Source of the DNA: Octopus sinensis
Taxonomy: Eukaryota
Length of the DNA stretch: 64,000 nucleotides
Assembly: GCF_006345805.1 (NCBI RefSeq)
Contig: NC_042998.1
Coordinates: forward strand, 199,826,001 to 199,890,000
Direction: 5' to 3'
Shown: one piece after another, positions 27,048 to 42,175 of the stretch
Position numbering within the stretch: position 1 is the stretch's first letter
Layout of the letters: each line of letters opens with the position of its first letter
Notes under the pieces: generated by a model
What the model was told of the DNA's origin: nothing
The model's input: the letters and a program-made list of their open reading frames with translations, nothing else
Database searches by the model: none
Translations under genes and position numbers: made by a program

Positions 27048-27512
27048 TTAATAATAATATTTTCTTCTCTAGGCACAAGGCCTGAAATTTCGGGTAAAGC
27101 GATACTCAGTCACATCGACTCTAGTATTCGATTGGTACTTTATTTCATCCGACCCCTGAAGGATGAACGTTAAAGTCGATTGCCGCGGAATTTTAAAATG
27201 ACAACGTATCGACGGCTGAAATTACGCTAAGCATTTTCTTCAGGCGGGCACACACCTCTGCCAGCTTGACACTTTAACAACAACAGCAGCGACAACTACA
27301 GCAGCAGCAGCAGCAGAAGAGGCGGCGGCGGCAGCAACAACATCAATAATAAAAATATTTTCTGATTCTGGCAGTAGGCCAGCAATTTAAGAGGCTTTGC
27401 TGTTAACCGATACCATCGGCATTTTATATTATCGAACTTGGAATGATAAAAAGTGAAGTTTATCTCGGAGGGATTTGAACACTCAACGTAAAGAAACAGA
27501 AGACGGGCATAC

Positions 27513-27928
27513 CTATTTCTTTACTACCCACAAGGGGCTAAATACAGAGGGGACAAACAAGGACAGACAAACGGATTAAGTCGATTACATCGACCCCAGT
27601 ACGTAAATGGTACTTAATTTATCGACCCCGAAAGGATGAAAGGCAAAGTCGACCTCGGCGGAATTTGAACTCAGAACGTAACGGCAGACGAAATACCTAT
27701 TTCTTTACTACCCTCAGGGGGATAAATACAGAGGGGACAAGCAAGGACAGACAAACGGATTAAGTCGATTACATCGACCCCAGTACGTAAATGGTACTTA
27801 ATTTATCGACCCCGAAAGGATGAAAGGCAAAGTCGACCTCGGCGGAATTTGAACTCAGAACGTAACGGCAGACGAAATACGGCTACGTATTTCGCCCAGC
27901 GTGCTAACGTTTCTGCCAGCACGCCGCT
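27513..27928 (-). mobile_element. tRNA-SINE family B, tandem dimer (184-bp period)
   Basis: ctatttctttactacc...cagacgaaatac at 27513 and 27697; head ends ctgccagcacgccg; older relatives at ~26860-27500. Confidence 0.88.
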
Positions 27929-29310
27929 TGAAGATGGGCATACCATTGAGCATTTTGTCCAACGCCCTAACAAACAATTCTGCCTGTTCACAACCATGAC
28001 GATAATGATGAATATGATGCTGATAATAACAATAATATATTCTAAGCACATGACCATACACTCAAGAGAAGTACGCAGATGACTGTATCGATAGCACTCT
28101 TTGATTGACATATTGAACCGGATGATGGAATATTCATTCCCAGCAGGGTATATAAATAGAAAGAAAATGATGTAAATAAACAGCACATGGACGTTTTTGT
28201 AACGCTCTATCGATTCTGCCACATACCGCAGTAATAAAAATATTGTAACGAATATCTATAAATGTAATAAACAATAATGTTAATAATAATTGAAATAATT
28301 GAAATTAATTTACCTCTGTATTTAAATCAAACCAATGATCAATGTCTTTAATTAGTAGTAGAAAATATTGAATTGAAAGAAATATAGTCATATGTGACAA
28401 TACACTAATAACGTCTGTACAATGTCCTACATTTCCTGGTAGCGATGCTGAATAATATGTCATAAATTTTCAACAACAAGAATAAGCATGTCACGAATGA
28501 AACAAAAATAAAGCCAATCACTCTTTTTTTTTTTCTGAAAACAAACACATTGCTCAGCCCACGCCTGCCACTCCGTACAATGTCATATTGTTCTTCTGGT
28601 TTCTTTTAACCCCAGGTTGTCCGTCACGGAGCAGGCCGATAAATAAATTCAAATCCCATTTTTTTTTTTTGTATAATCCTTATTTAAGACAGTTGGGTGT
28701 AATTTGAGGGAGATCCGCTTACTGTTCCTGGTAGGTCGAATAATCAAGAAGCGGTTCCCTCCCTGGTTTATTAAATAGACAGGCATTCAGGTGTTGAGGA
28801 AAATTTTTTTGAGTTGTTTTAAAATAAAATTGTCTGTTGTATATTTAATTATGTTCTGTGTCTTTTTCAATGTTTTTTATGATCTGAGGCATTCTCGGAA
28901 AGATAAAAGAAAGAAAATTATCAGAAAAAAAATCTTCTTTGCAGTAGAAAAAAATTTTTTTTCTCATTTTCAGTAATGTTTTCTGAAATACAGCAATTGA
29001 CTTAAGAAGGTCAATAATGGTTATATTATTGTCATCATTTCTGGAATCTTAACCCGCGCTACTTTGGAACTTTCTGGCAACACAAAGCAATATTCATAAA
29101 TTTAAAGTGTTCTGGTAAGCAAATTGGTTGTTTCTTGCATACCACACCCCGTACACGCACACACACAAACACACACACACACAAACGCACACACACACAG
29201 ACACACACATGTATACATACAGGCACATGTATACACACATATGGATATTTATATTTGCTTTATATATATAGTCAGATGCATATGTATATGTATATACATA
29301 CATACATACA

Positions 29311-29346
<36 letters not shown>

Positions 29347-30227
29347 TGTATATATATATATATATATATACGTACATGCTAACACATTCTCAGACACAAG
29401 CACACATATATGTCTATAGGTATGTATGATGAATGCTTTTATCTATGCACAAATATATAATCGTACGAGGGTGTTTGTTTAAGTGTGTGTTAGTGTAGAT
29501 GTGTATACATTGATGAGTATTAGTGTCAGTTCGTGTGATGGTGTACTGTGTGTGTGTGTGTGTGTGTGTGCGTGTGTATGTTGGTCTGCGCATGTGTATG
29601 TATTGCATTTATATAGTATCTTTACAATTAAGAAATTCACTTTGGCGTACATCTACAGAAAACCGATATGAATATTTAATGGTGAAATCTACATTGTCAA
29701 CGATTAAGTTGTCTTGCAAAGTTTTCTGAGCTGTGATTCATATACTGATAATTGTTAAAACCGTTATTATTGATTCCGAATGTGGAATATATGAGGTTAC
29801 GCTGTTTTCAGACAAGAAATAATGGTTGTTGTAGAAACTGAACGTTAATAAACCTATCTGCAACAAATTGTTCAAGGTTTTAGCGATTAAGTATAAAAGG
29901 GTGTTTTCGAGAAACAAGCATGATTCACATTCACTAATTCTCTCGTTGTTATTCCATATTCTTCTAACTGTATTCATTAGCTTCCATACGTCATGTTTGA
30001 TCCCAATATACACACGACCTAGAATAAAGAGAAATACATTAGAATATAAAATGAGTAAAACATCATGATAGGCATAAGCGTGCATATTGTAAGGAATAGA
30101 TAATAGCAAGTATAAAGCCTAGCAGATAGAAACACGTATACATGGTTAGATCATACACAAATACTACACACATAAACACACACATTCATCTCTCTCTCGC
30201 TGTACACATACACACACATATATATTC

Positions 30228-30305
<78 letters not shown>

Positions 30306-32363
30306 TATATATACATTACACGTTATGTGGTAAGGTTTCAACAAGTAGAATATCGCTCGATCAGCTAAGAGTGTAGATAGGTAAATAGATGGAAAAACAG
30401 ACAAACAAACAGATAGATAGTGAGATAAATAAATATATAGATATATTTGTGAAAATGCACCTGTGTATACATACTTATCTATTCTTATCATATTCGGTAT
30501 AGTTGTGTGCATATAAATGAATATTTTGTCTCGTGAAATAGGAATAAGACTTCCTACAGCGAAAATGTCTTTGTGTCGACATTCTTATTTAATATGAAAT
30601 ACATCTAGATGTTTTATGTAATAATCCCGCAGTAGGTACGTAAATTATTGCCTGTAAAGTAGATCACTTAGACAAATCTTCACCATTCTCTCTTGTATTA
30701 CGCAGAGGATTTTAATTTGTTATTTCAGCATCTCCATATATTTTCAAACTTTTTTCTCTCTAAGTGTAACATATATAAAATTATTTCTCCTGCAGAGAAG
30801 ATGAAACAGTGATCATGGATGCCTACTATAAGAATATATTTGTCTCACATAGCCTATTCTTGAATTCACCTTATATACTATAAACTTATCATTCTATTAC
30901 CGGTGATTTCACACTAATATTTCCTTCATGTTCAGACATTCGTGTTTTTGTTACATAAAAAGGACTGTATATTTTGGAAAGATGTTCAAGTCACAGGCAA
31001 CTTTTTGCAATACATTATTAAAAAGACTTTCGACTGAGAATATATGTCCTCTACCACTACCAAATCTCACGCGAACATGGTTTGCTCAAAAGCATAATTG
31101 TATAGTAGCCATGTATTTTATTTATTATATATATATATATCATCATTTGAATAGCATGACATCATCGTTCAAGGTGAATGAAGCGACATCTTTGCTAATA
31201 TGGTATCATATTCAGAGATGTAAGATTTATTGTGGACAAGTTGAAATCTTTCCTGTTACAGAAGCACAATATATTGTAGATTCTCATTGTAAGGCCAAAC
31301 CTCACTGTGGTAGATATATATCACTAGATTTGGAGTCAAATCGAGTTCTTGCATTCCCACCACACACTTATGGTAACCATAGCATTTTCTTTTAGTGTGG
31401 GCAACTGGAGCCTTGGTGATTTTGCGATGTCGAGATCAATTTAAAGTTTCAAAATATTAAGTATATTAATCAAATATCACACAATATTATTTCTCTAAAA
31501 TTACAGATTGTACAGGATTCTTTAGTAATAAGTCTAGCGATGCTCTCCTTTCCGTTCCATGTATTTTTAATGTTCTCATAGACCTAAAAAATGTATTATC
31601 ATTCCATTGAAACATCGGATAAACTGGAGAAAATTAGCTGTAAAAAAAAATAAACATAGCAAAATTGGGATAACTATTCAACCTGGGGAAATAGGAAAGG
31701 GATGATCCTGTCAACTGATGTATGAATGCTTCGGATTGTTTGTCCTCAGCATTTAAATCTCATACTGCTAATACCGGGCACTGAATAATTTTGCTACCTA
31801 GGTGTATATCATAATGACTATAAGCTTTTCCTAAATAAATAAGCCACACAAACTATACACTTAAGTACACGTCGCGTGATTTGCAGATCTTAATATCTAC
31901 ATAGGACATCATCATGTGGTCGCTTAATTGGGGATTTTATCAGACATACTGCTTCAGTTTCCTCGTTAATGAGAAAAGTTAGTGTTATAGTTTTGGAAAC
32001 AAAACAAAAAGAAAGGGGGAATTGCTTTAAACTTTTGCTGATTTATTGTTTCATAAAAACAAAACTGGTTAAATAAATATTGTTCTAGAAGATCAATAAC
32101 GACTTAATAGTTCGCTGACTTCTCGAAGACGCAGGAGGAACGACGTTCAAACTGTTTCAGAAATGGCACAATGGCACGGCTTAGCTACTCATGCGTTGAA
32201 TAATTTACAGGTCCAGAAGATAAGCCATGAGACTTTATAAAATCACCGAGTCGAAGAAGTGAAAACCTACTTGCACAATGATATAGAGAGAAACAGGCAT
32301 ACACATTGATGCACATAGATGATCCAATACACTTACACACAAACACACATATGTGTTTGTGTG

Positions 32364-32425
<62 letters not shown>

Positions 32426-32471
32426 GTGTTGTGTGTGTGTGTGTGTGTATGCGTATGAATGTATGTGTGTG

Positions 32472-32519
<48 letters not shown>

Positions 32520-33133
32520 TACATTCATGCACATACACACATAAATATTTAGGCATATATTATGTATATATATATATATATATAATATATTATATATATA
32601 ATACATACACACACATACATTCATAAACACACACACATATATTCATGCATATATTTATGTGTGTGTATATATGTATATGTATGCAAGCGTTCTCACATTT
32701 ACATATGAGTGTGCTGTTTACTCACAAAGATATGCACGTTAATATATACATACATTCTTAAGTTTCAGATTGTATTAGTAAGGTCAAGCTAGAGCACCAG
32801 ACATGTTTATACACAAACTCACAAAGTCTCTGTATGATACTAATACCACAAATAGACCAGAATATATTAACGGCGCATATAGGAGCAGACATGTGCATTC
32901 AGATATGTAGTTGCATATGCATATACACATACATGCCCACTTAAGCACGTGGACACAAATACCTTCTGACTTAGCGACACGGAAATGAAAATTTCCTATT
33001 AATCTGGGAATTAATAAAGATCTCCGAGTAAGTAAATGTCTTTTATACATACGAAATATGTGTGTAAACGCGATTATATACGTACATACATACATGTATA
33101 CATACATACTTACAGACATACGTATATATATAT

Positions 33134-33365
33134 ATTTCTTTACTACCCACAAGGAGTTAAACACAGAGGAGACAAACAAGGACAGACAAGGGGATTAAGT
33201 CGATTACATCGACCCAAGTGCGTAACTGGTACTTAATTTATCGACCCCGGAAGGATGAAAGGCAAAGTCGACCTCGGCGGAATTTGAACTCGGAACGTAA
33301 TGGCAGACGAAATACGGCAACGCATTTCGCCCGGCGTGCTAACGTTTCTGCCAGCCCGCCGCCTT
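33134..33365 (-). mobile_element. tRNA-SINE family B
   Basis: Reverse complement of 34515-34745. Confidence 0.88.
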
Positions 33366-33816
33366 CATATATATACGTGTATATATATATAACATAGAAA
33401 ATGGGACAAGACTGCAAAACATCCAGACAGTTAGGTGATACAAACAAGAGGCAACAAAATACCCAGATAGACGATACAAAGAGAACAAGGATGGGTCATT
33501 CGAAGTTTTCTTCCACATTATCTTTGCAATTTTGGTTGGTTATACTCAATAATGCTCTAATCTGGCCAGCCCCACGGAAAAACTAAGCTAAGAGCATTAG
33601 ATTCCTTGGAAGAAAGCAGCGAATGTATACGAAATTAAGGACGGAAAAAAAACGGAGAATGTTACACAAATACAAATAAGAGGACATAACAACAGGTGTC
33701 TTTCGACTAAGGAGGAATTAAATTCAGCTGTCATGTGTGTGCAAGTAAAACCACACGGCTGAGATACAAGATTTCACAGGCACAGGGCGGAATATAGATG
33801 TGGAGCGGACGACGTA

Positions 33817-33885
<69 letters not shown>

Positions 33886-34514
33886 GTGTGTGTGTATTTG
33901 TGTGAGTAAATGTATACAAACGTGCACATAAACTTATATAAATGCATTTATTCATGCATACATATTACTTCAGAACCCTAGTCATCGATGTATTTTTGCC
34001 CGTTTTTAACTAATTACCTATCAAACGCACTTTCTCCTAGCTGCAATTGATCAGAAAAATATTATATGCCCGCTCTTCATTGAATGATAAATATTGTATT
34101 TCTCTTCTATTCATTACAAGTTACATCATAATTAAACTCAGCCACCAAATACTAAACTGTCTTCATATCTGCAACCCATTGGGTTGCCTTTATCGCTGTA
34201 CCCTCCCTGACGCTGAAACAGCGTTTCAAACATATTCCGTAATATAGCAATATTCCGTAATATAGTGATGATAGGTATCGTCGTTTTGAACGCACGTTTA
34301 ACGAAAAAACGGATGAAAACAGTCATTAGATTTCAAATAATTTGCCTCATTTTGGATCTCTTCTCTCTTCAATAACTGCCATTGGCATTTGCATAAATTT
34401 GAACTAAGCTCCTCTACGTCACACAACGGGGTCATTTGTCTTTCAGAACATCAGAAAAAGCAACGTTGTTGCACGACACATGAACAAAGAATTCTAATAT
34501 ATCCAGTATAAACA

Positions 34515-34745
34515 GGGCGGCGAGCTGGCAGAAACGTTAGCACGCCGGGCGAAATGCGTAGCCGTAATTCGTCTGCCGTTACATTCTGAGTTCAAATTCC
34601 GCCAAGGTCGACTTTGCTTTTCATCCTTTAGGGGTCGATAAATTAAGTACCAGTATCGCACTGGGGTCGATGTAATCGACTTAATCCCTTTGTCTGTCCT
34701 TGTTTGTCCCCTCTATGTTTAGCCCCTTGTGGGTAGTAAAGAAAT
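34515..34745 (+). mobile_element. Full-length tRNA-SINE family B with 18-bp target site duplication
   Basis: Head ggcggcgagctggcagaaacgttagc, B-box gagttcaaattcc, central ctttcatcctttaggggtcgataaattaagtaccag; TSD atatatccagtataaaca at 34497-34514 and 34746-34763. Confidence 0.92.
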
Positions 34746-35244
34746 ATATATCCAGTATAAACACCTACATGTAAAGGTACCTCTTATGACGACCACCACT
34801 TTTCATTTCTTGCGTTAAATGTATTTTGTTAGGCAATTGTTTGCAACATTTTGCTAAAACGAATTCCTATTCAATCAATTCTACCATAAAGCAACGAACC
34901 AATGTATCTTCTGTCTTCTTTTTCCGGAGAATTCCTGATCTATTTGCTGACATTTCACACAACGCTTATGACTACGCTAAGGAAATCCTCATAAAGTCCT
35001 AGTATGCATCTCCTTCATATAGGCATGGATGTTGTAAAGATTTGCATATGCAACGTATAAGTTAGCCATTGCATGTATCAACAATAACCGTAATGGAAAT
35101 CTGCCTCAATTCTCTGTGCCTTTATGCATTTTGTACGTTTGCGCTGTTAATATATATACATCTATTTATTTATACATGAATATTCATCGTCTGAATATTT
35201 TCAGCCCTTATTCTCTGTCTATTTACATTCATATATACTATTTA

Positions 35245-35622
35245 CTCTTTTACTTTTTTACTTGTTTCAGTCATTTGACTGCGGCCATGCTGGAGCACTG
35301 CCTTCAGTCGAGCAAATCGGCCCAGTACTTATTCTATCCGTTTCTTTTGCCGAACCGCTAAGTGACGGGGACGTAAACACACCAGCATCGGTTGTCAAGC
35401 AATGCTAGGGGGACAAACACACACACAAACACACACACACATACATATATACATATATACGACAGGCTTCTTTCAGTTTCCGTCTTCCAAATCCACTCAC
35501 AAGGCATTGGTCGGCCCGGGGCTATAGCAGAAGACACTTGCCCAAGATGTCACGCAGTGGGACTGAACCCGGAACCATGTGGTTGGTTAACAAGTTACTT
35601 ACCACACGGCTACTCCTGCGCC
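35245..35622 (-). mobile_element. tRNA-SINE family A, full length
   Basis: Reverse complement of 11628-12032. Confidence 0.88.
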
Positions 35623-35762
35623 ATATATGTATGTGCGTTTTGTATATGTAGCCCAAGCACTTTTATTTGCATATGTGCATCATTATATCTCTCTCCCGCT
35701 GTCTGTCTGTCTGTCTGTCTCTCTGTCTCTCTCTCCCTCTCTCTCTCTCTCTCGTATATATA

Positions 35763-35978
35763 CGAGGGAGTGCTGAAATGTTCCTGGCCTCGGGTAAAAG
35801 GAAATACAGGAAGCTCAATAAATTATGGTCTTATCCATCATACTCCCCTCTCAGATTCACACACTTATTGCAGCGGTCGTTCAGTTTTTCTAAGCCCTGT
35901 AAAGGAACTCGGAAGGACGAGCCTCCGACTAGACCTTTCATGATACCCTGAAAACCGAGAACTTTCAGCACCCCATTG
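35763..35978. mobile_element. Mariner-type MITE
   Basis: TA|cgagggagtgctgaaatgttcc ... gaactttcagcaccccattg imperfect TIRs; no ORF. Confidence 0.65.
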
Positions 35979-36262
35979 TTTATGTATGCATATGTATATA
36001 CAGATACATATTTCAAAATAGCTTTTCGTGAACGTGGATGCATGTTGCTACTCTGAGTATATACAATGATTTCATACACATGAAACCAATCTCGTCAGCA
36101 GATGATAGAGCATATCTAAAACGGATTAAGCTTAGTGAGATCAACCAAAAGTTAGGAAAACTCTTATACCAGTTTATGTATTACATCTATACTCGCGGAG
36201 GGATTACGTTCCGAATCAGTCATTAATCATCACATCCAGGAGAGGAAAGTATTAACAATAGT

Positions 36263-37145
<883 letters not shown>

Positions 37146-37197
37146 TAATAATAATATTAATAATAATAATAATAAAAATGATAATATTGATAATAAA

Positions 37198-37231
<34 letters not shown>

Positions 37232-37255
37232 TAAAATATAACAATAATAATAACA

Positions 37256-37310
<55 letters not shown>

Positions 37311-37674
37311 GATGATGATGAAGGTGATGTGGATGTGGATTTGGATACTACAACTACTAACTACTACTACTACTAATAATAATAATTAGGAGAAGAAGAA
37401 GAAGAAGGAAGAAGAAGGAAGAAGAAGAAGAAGACGAGAAGAAGAAAAGAAGAAGAAGAAAAAAAAAGAAAGACAAGAATAAAGATAAGAAGAAGAAGAA
37501 GAAGAGAAAGAAGAAAAGAAGAAGAGAAGAAGAAGAAGAAGAAGAAGAAGAAGAAGAAGAAGAAGAAAAGAAGAAGAAGAAGAAGAAGAAGAAGAAGAAG
37601 AAGAAGAAGAAGAAGAAGAAGAAGAAGAAGAAGAAGAAGAAGACGAAGAAAAATAATCGTTTTAAGTGTTCCCA

Positions 37675-37984
37675 CTGATAAGTAAATATATGAACCTGGA
37701 AATTGAAATATAAAAGATGTGGCATCTTAATGCTGAAGTGTTCCTCTCATTGTTGGTGCCCTAGGTATGGTAAAAAAAAGGGATGTCAAAACATCTAGAA
37801 AAAGTTCAAGGAGAACCATGTCTCAGAGAAATCTAAAAGATTGTACTGACAAGTACTGCCCACATAATTAGAAAAGCTTCATCAATTTAAATGTGTGTGT
37901 TGTATTGCATGAAGATATTTCGCTACTGCCGCTGACACTTCCCCTCCCCAAGCTTTCTGTCATACTCATAATAATAATAATAAC

Positions 37985-38046
<62 letters not shown>

Positions 38047-38332
38047 GAAGAAGAAGAGAAGAAGAAGAAGAAGAAGAAGAAACAATTCCTATCATAATAG
38101 GTGCATTAGGCATGATAAAAAAATATTCAGACAAATACATAACAAAAACACCAGGACTTATAAGTATATATAACATACAGAAAATAGCACTACTAGGCAC
38201 TGCACACATCCTACGCAGAATACTTTCCATACAATAACCATAAGAGCATCACAACAAATCACATCACATACCCAAGGCACACAGAGCTGCGCTCGGTAGT
38301 GAAGTGAAAGCACGCTATAAAAATAAAACTAG

Positions 38333-38335
<3 letters not shown>
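37675..38335 (+). mobile_element. Two stacked R4/Dong-clade 3' ends of different subfamilies (37675-37968; 38080-38335)
   Basis: PLIVGALGMVKK..KIVLTSTAHIIRK and TIPIIIGALGMIKK..IQKIALLGTAHILRRILSIQ*, each followed by a UTR and (AAT)n. Confidence 0.8.
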
Positions 38336-38374
<39 letters not shown>

Positions 38375-38389
38375 GAAATAATAATAATA

Positions 38390-38461
<72 letters not shown>

Positions 38462-38561
38462 TAATAATAATAATAATAATAATAAAAATAACATGTCGTG
38501 ATGCAGTACTTGGTACCAGCACTCGTAGCATCTGATCTTAACCGAATGGAAGTGTTATATA

Positions 38562-39778
38562 CACAGACACGACAGAAGTAAATAGACAAAACATAAAACA
38601 TCTTTTTTATGTTTATTGTAACTTGTAATGGCTTTTTATATATAATTTACTCGACATTTTTTTTAATGTTTCAGGTTCTATATGTGACTGCTTAATCATG
38701 TCATGAACAAAAGAAGCCTTGCAATTGTTTGAATATCAAAGGGGCCTATTGTGGGTCATTCTGAAGGTTGACAGCGTAAAAATCGCAGAAAACCTTAGGA
38801 TTTCGCTTTGTATAATTAATAGAGTGATTGTGCAATTCGCCAGAGTGGGGAAGGAGCCCACATCATCGCCTAGGTCAATCAGGGCCCTCTGACTGGACCC
38901 TTCTCTTTGTTAAGAGAAGTGGGGGGGATAATCCTCGTTACAAGGCCTCTGATATTGTAGAACAAATTAATATGAGTCCCAGAACAACTATCAGGTATCT
39001 CCACAAACTTGGTTACTATGGCAGAACAGCAAGAAGGAGGCCAGTTCTTCGATCTACCACCATCAAGGGGAGAAAAGATTGGGACAATGAGATGATGGAG
39101 AGGTCACTAGCATTTTGGGACACTGTCATATTTTCTGATGATTCCAGATTTGCTGTGTATCCTGCTAGCGGTCAAATGTGGGTCTGGAGATTCTGTTATC
39201 AAGAATTTGATGTGAAAAGATTGCAGTCACCAATGAAACACAACAGCTACACTGTAATAGCCTGAGGAGCAATTTGGGGTAATGGTTGATCAGAGTGTGT
39301 AGAGTGTGAGGGAGACATAAACTCAAATAAATATATGTACATATTGTAGAAAGGATTCCTTCTAATCTTCCCCAGTGGTGAAATGATTAAAGAAAGCTCT
39401 TTATTTATGGAAGATTTGTTGGATGAGAATGGCATACAAAGCTTCCATGGCCAAGTCAGTAACGAAATATGAACTCTATTGAATATCTCTGGGACATAAT
39501 GGACAGGATACACCATAAAAGGAACAAGAAAACATCTCCAAAGTCAGATCTTTTGAGATTACTGCATGAAACTTGGCACGCAATTTTGCAAGAGAATGTT
39601 CGTCAGCTGATCAGCAACATGCCTAAGTTGTGCCTTGCATTGGGAAATGCAAAGGTCATGTCTGCTAAACATCAAATATTCACATTATAGCAATGAATAA
39701 TTAATTTGAATGCATAACTTTATATTTAAATAAATTCTAATGATTATACGGCTGTCTATTTACTTCTATCATGCAATG
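38562..39778 (+). mobile_element. Tc1-family DNA transposon, decayed, nested in a ~555-bp element
   Basis: TA|cacagacacgacagaagtaaatagac ... gtctatttacttctatcatg TIRs; ORFs give ARRRPVL, WDTVIFSDDSRF, WVWR, NSIEYLW, LISNMPK. Confidence 0.85.
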
Positions 39779-40610
39779 GTTCATATTCTGTTATGGTGTA
39801 AAAGATTGGTTACATCACATATTCTGCTCGGTACTGCAGATTTACTTGTCAGTTGTTTGACCGTAACCAGCTGAGCATGTCCTTTAGTGGCTGACGACAC
39901 GTGTTTCTCTGCCCATGAGCAGAAGTAGTGGGGGTAGATCATAGCCATTTGTTGAAAAGAATTCTTTGGAGTTTGAATAATTCACCTCTTTGAAACATTG
40001 GTGCTTCATTCAACATCCTTAAGCAACCCTTATTCAAGGCTCTTTTGAGCGGGATGGCCTACACGACATGAAGAAAATTCTAATTGGATCCCACCTGCAA
40101 GTTCATGCGCTATCTTGATATGAGGTCACCAGTCTTACTTTGATGATATGCACTGCTCCCTCCCTCAATAATAAGAATACTGCTGCTATAATGCAGCACC
40201 AGGCAGTGGGTCTCATAGTTTCTTACTTGATCTGAACCAACTGACCATATCTCTGAGAGGCTGACGGTATGTTCATCTCTGATCAAGAGCAGGAGTAGTG
40301 GGGGAGCATCACAACTATGTTTTGAGAAGACTTCTTTGGGGTTTGAATAAGTCAACTCTGGAAACATGGATGTTTCGTCCAAAATCCTTATCAAATTTTA
40401 TAAAATATTGCAGAACATTATGAGTGGAATAAACTACTCGATATGAAGATCATGCACTTGTTATGTTGATATGAGGTCACCATTTCTGCTCATATAGTTG
40501 TGATGCATGCGCCTGGTATACACTTATCAGACGCGTTGTCATAATGGCTCTGTTGAGCTTCGTAAATACGCATCCCAGCATCACTTGGGTGACATGCGTT
40601 GCTCCCTATT
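39779..40610 (+). mobile_element. Decayed copies of the ~555-bp (AAT)n element (rest of the Tc1-split copy to ~40170; second deleted copy ~40190-40610)
   Basis: cttgtcagttgtttgacc, agcagaagtagtggggg and cactgctccctccctcaataat match 20467-21004. Confidence 0.75.
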
Positions 40611-40639
40611 TCAACAAGAACAACAACAGCAAAAAGAAT

Positions 40640-41006
40640 CGTTTCTATTATAGGCTCAAGTCCTGGATTTTGTGTGGATCACATCGGCCCCAGTACTCAA
40701 TTAAACGACCCCGAAAGGATGAAAGGGAAAGTTGACCTCGGCGGAATTTGAACTCACAACGTAACGACAGACGAAATACCTATTTCTTTACTAACCACAA
40801 GGGGCTAAACATAGAGTGGACAAACAAGGACAGACAAAAGTATTAAGTCGATTACATCGACCTCTGTGCGCAACTTAATTTATCGACCCCGAAAGGATGA
40901 AAGGCAAAGTCGACCTCAGCAGAATTTGAACTCAGAACGTAACGGCAGACGAAAGATCGCTAACCGTTTCGCCTGGCGTGCTATCGATTCTGTCAACTCG
41001 CCGCCT
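40640..41006 (-). mobile_element. tRNA-SINE family B tandem pair
   Basis: Junction gacgaaatac|ctatttcttta at 40780, identical to the junction at 27697. Confidence 0.8.
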
Positions 41007-41234
41007 TGAACAATAATCCTCTCTTATAGGCACAACGTCTTGAGCAATAATAATAATAAAAAGAGGAGCATAAAATTTCCAAGTGAGTTTATTCAATATG
41101 CCTAGGTTGAACAGCATGATGGATGTGTGCAACTCTGGTTCCAAAGAAGATGAAATGAATAGCAAAGCAAGATGCGTTTGAATAATTAGCTGATAGGTAG
41201 GAACAAAATCTCTGCAGGTCAACTATGAGGACGT

Positions 41235-42175
41235 AGCAAACAAGGGGATATTGACCAGAAGCACAACCATCAGTGGCTACGAAGCTCAGATAGAAAGGCA
41301 GAGAATGAAGGCTTTGTCTTGGCTGCTAAAGCTCAGAGCTTATTGACCCGGAACAATCAAGCCAATGTGATGGAAAATGGTGTTGACAAAAAGTGTCGAT
41401 ACTGCAACGATGGGATTGAAACAGTGGATCACCTAATATCTGGGTGTAAGGTTTTAGTTCCTGTAGAGTACAGTCTAGACATGGCAGAGTTGGTCAATAT
41501 CTACATTGGATAATGTGTCGACATTATAAAATGAAAACTGATGACAAATGGTACAAGCACCACTCTGAGGCTGTAACTGAAGGAGAAAATGTAAAGATTT
41601 TTTGGGACTTACTATTATGTACTGGCCGGGCCCGCAGAGCAAATAAACCAGATATTTTTGTGAAAGACCAAAACACTAAAGTCTGTTTATTGATTGATAT
41701 GAGCATACCCTGTGATCATAATATCTCGGCAAAAGAATTTGATAACTTCAGGAAATATAAAGATTTGGTAATCGAAACCGAAAGGATATGGCATCCCAAG
41801 ACGGTTACCATACTAGTGACTATGGGAACACTTGGAATGATAAAAGGGCACTAAAATTATTTAAGAGTGATCCTTGGCTTACAATCCATGTTGGGAGTAC
41901 AAAAGATTGTCTGAACTAGTACTCCACACATACTGACAAAAGCATTGTTACTGTGAAATTTTCTTTCCCCTTTCCTCTTTATTTTCTTTGCTTATTTTTA
42001 ATTTTTTCTCCTTTTTCTCTCCGTCATTCTTCCACTTTTTGTGTAACACATGACTTTGTAATTGAACAATCTGGTTTGTTTATTTTAATGGCCTACGAAT
42101 ATATACAGTGAGTTTCTCTGCCCTAGCTGTCAGGAAGACACTCGGCAAAAATAGAACCAGAATTGAAAGAAGATG
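41235..42175 (+). mobile_element. R4/Dong-clade 3' fragment (older subfamily)
   Basis: AAKAQSLLTRN..CRYC..ETVDHLISGC; NKPDIFVKD..LIDMSIPCD; the 3' UTR matches 37050-37145. Confidence 0.88.

Noticed and set aside
30928-31440. Minus-strand MVTISVWW hint of an old mariner
   Set aside because: A single short motif with no TIRs found; too decayed to call
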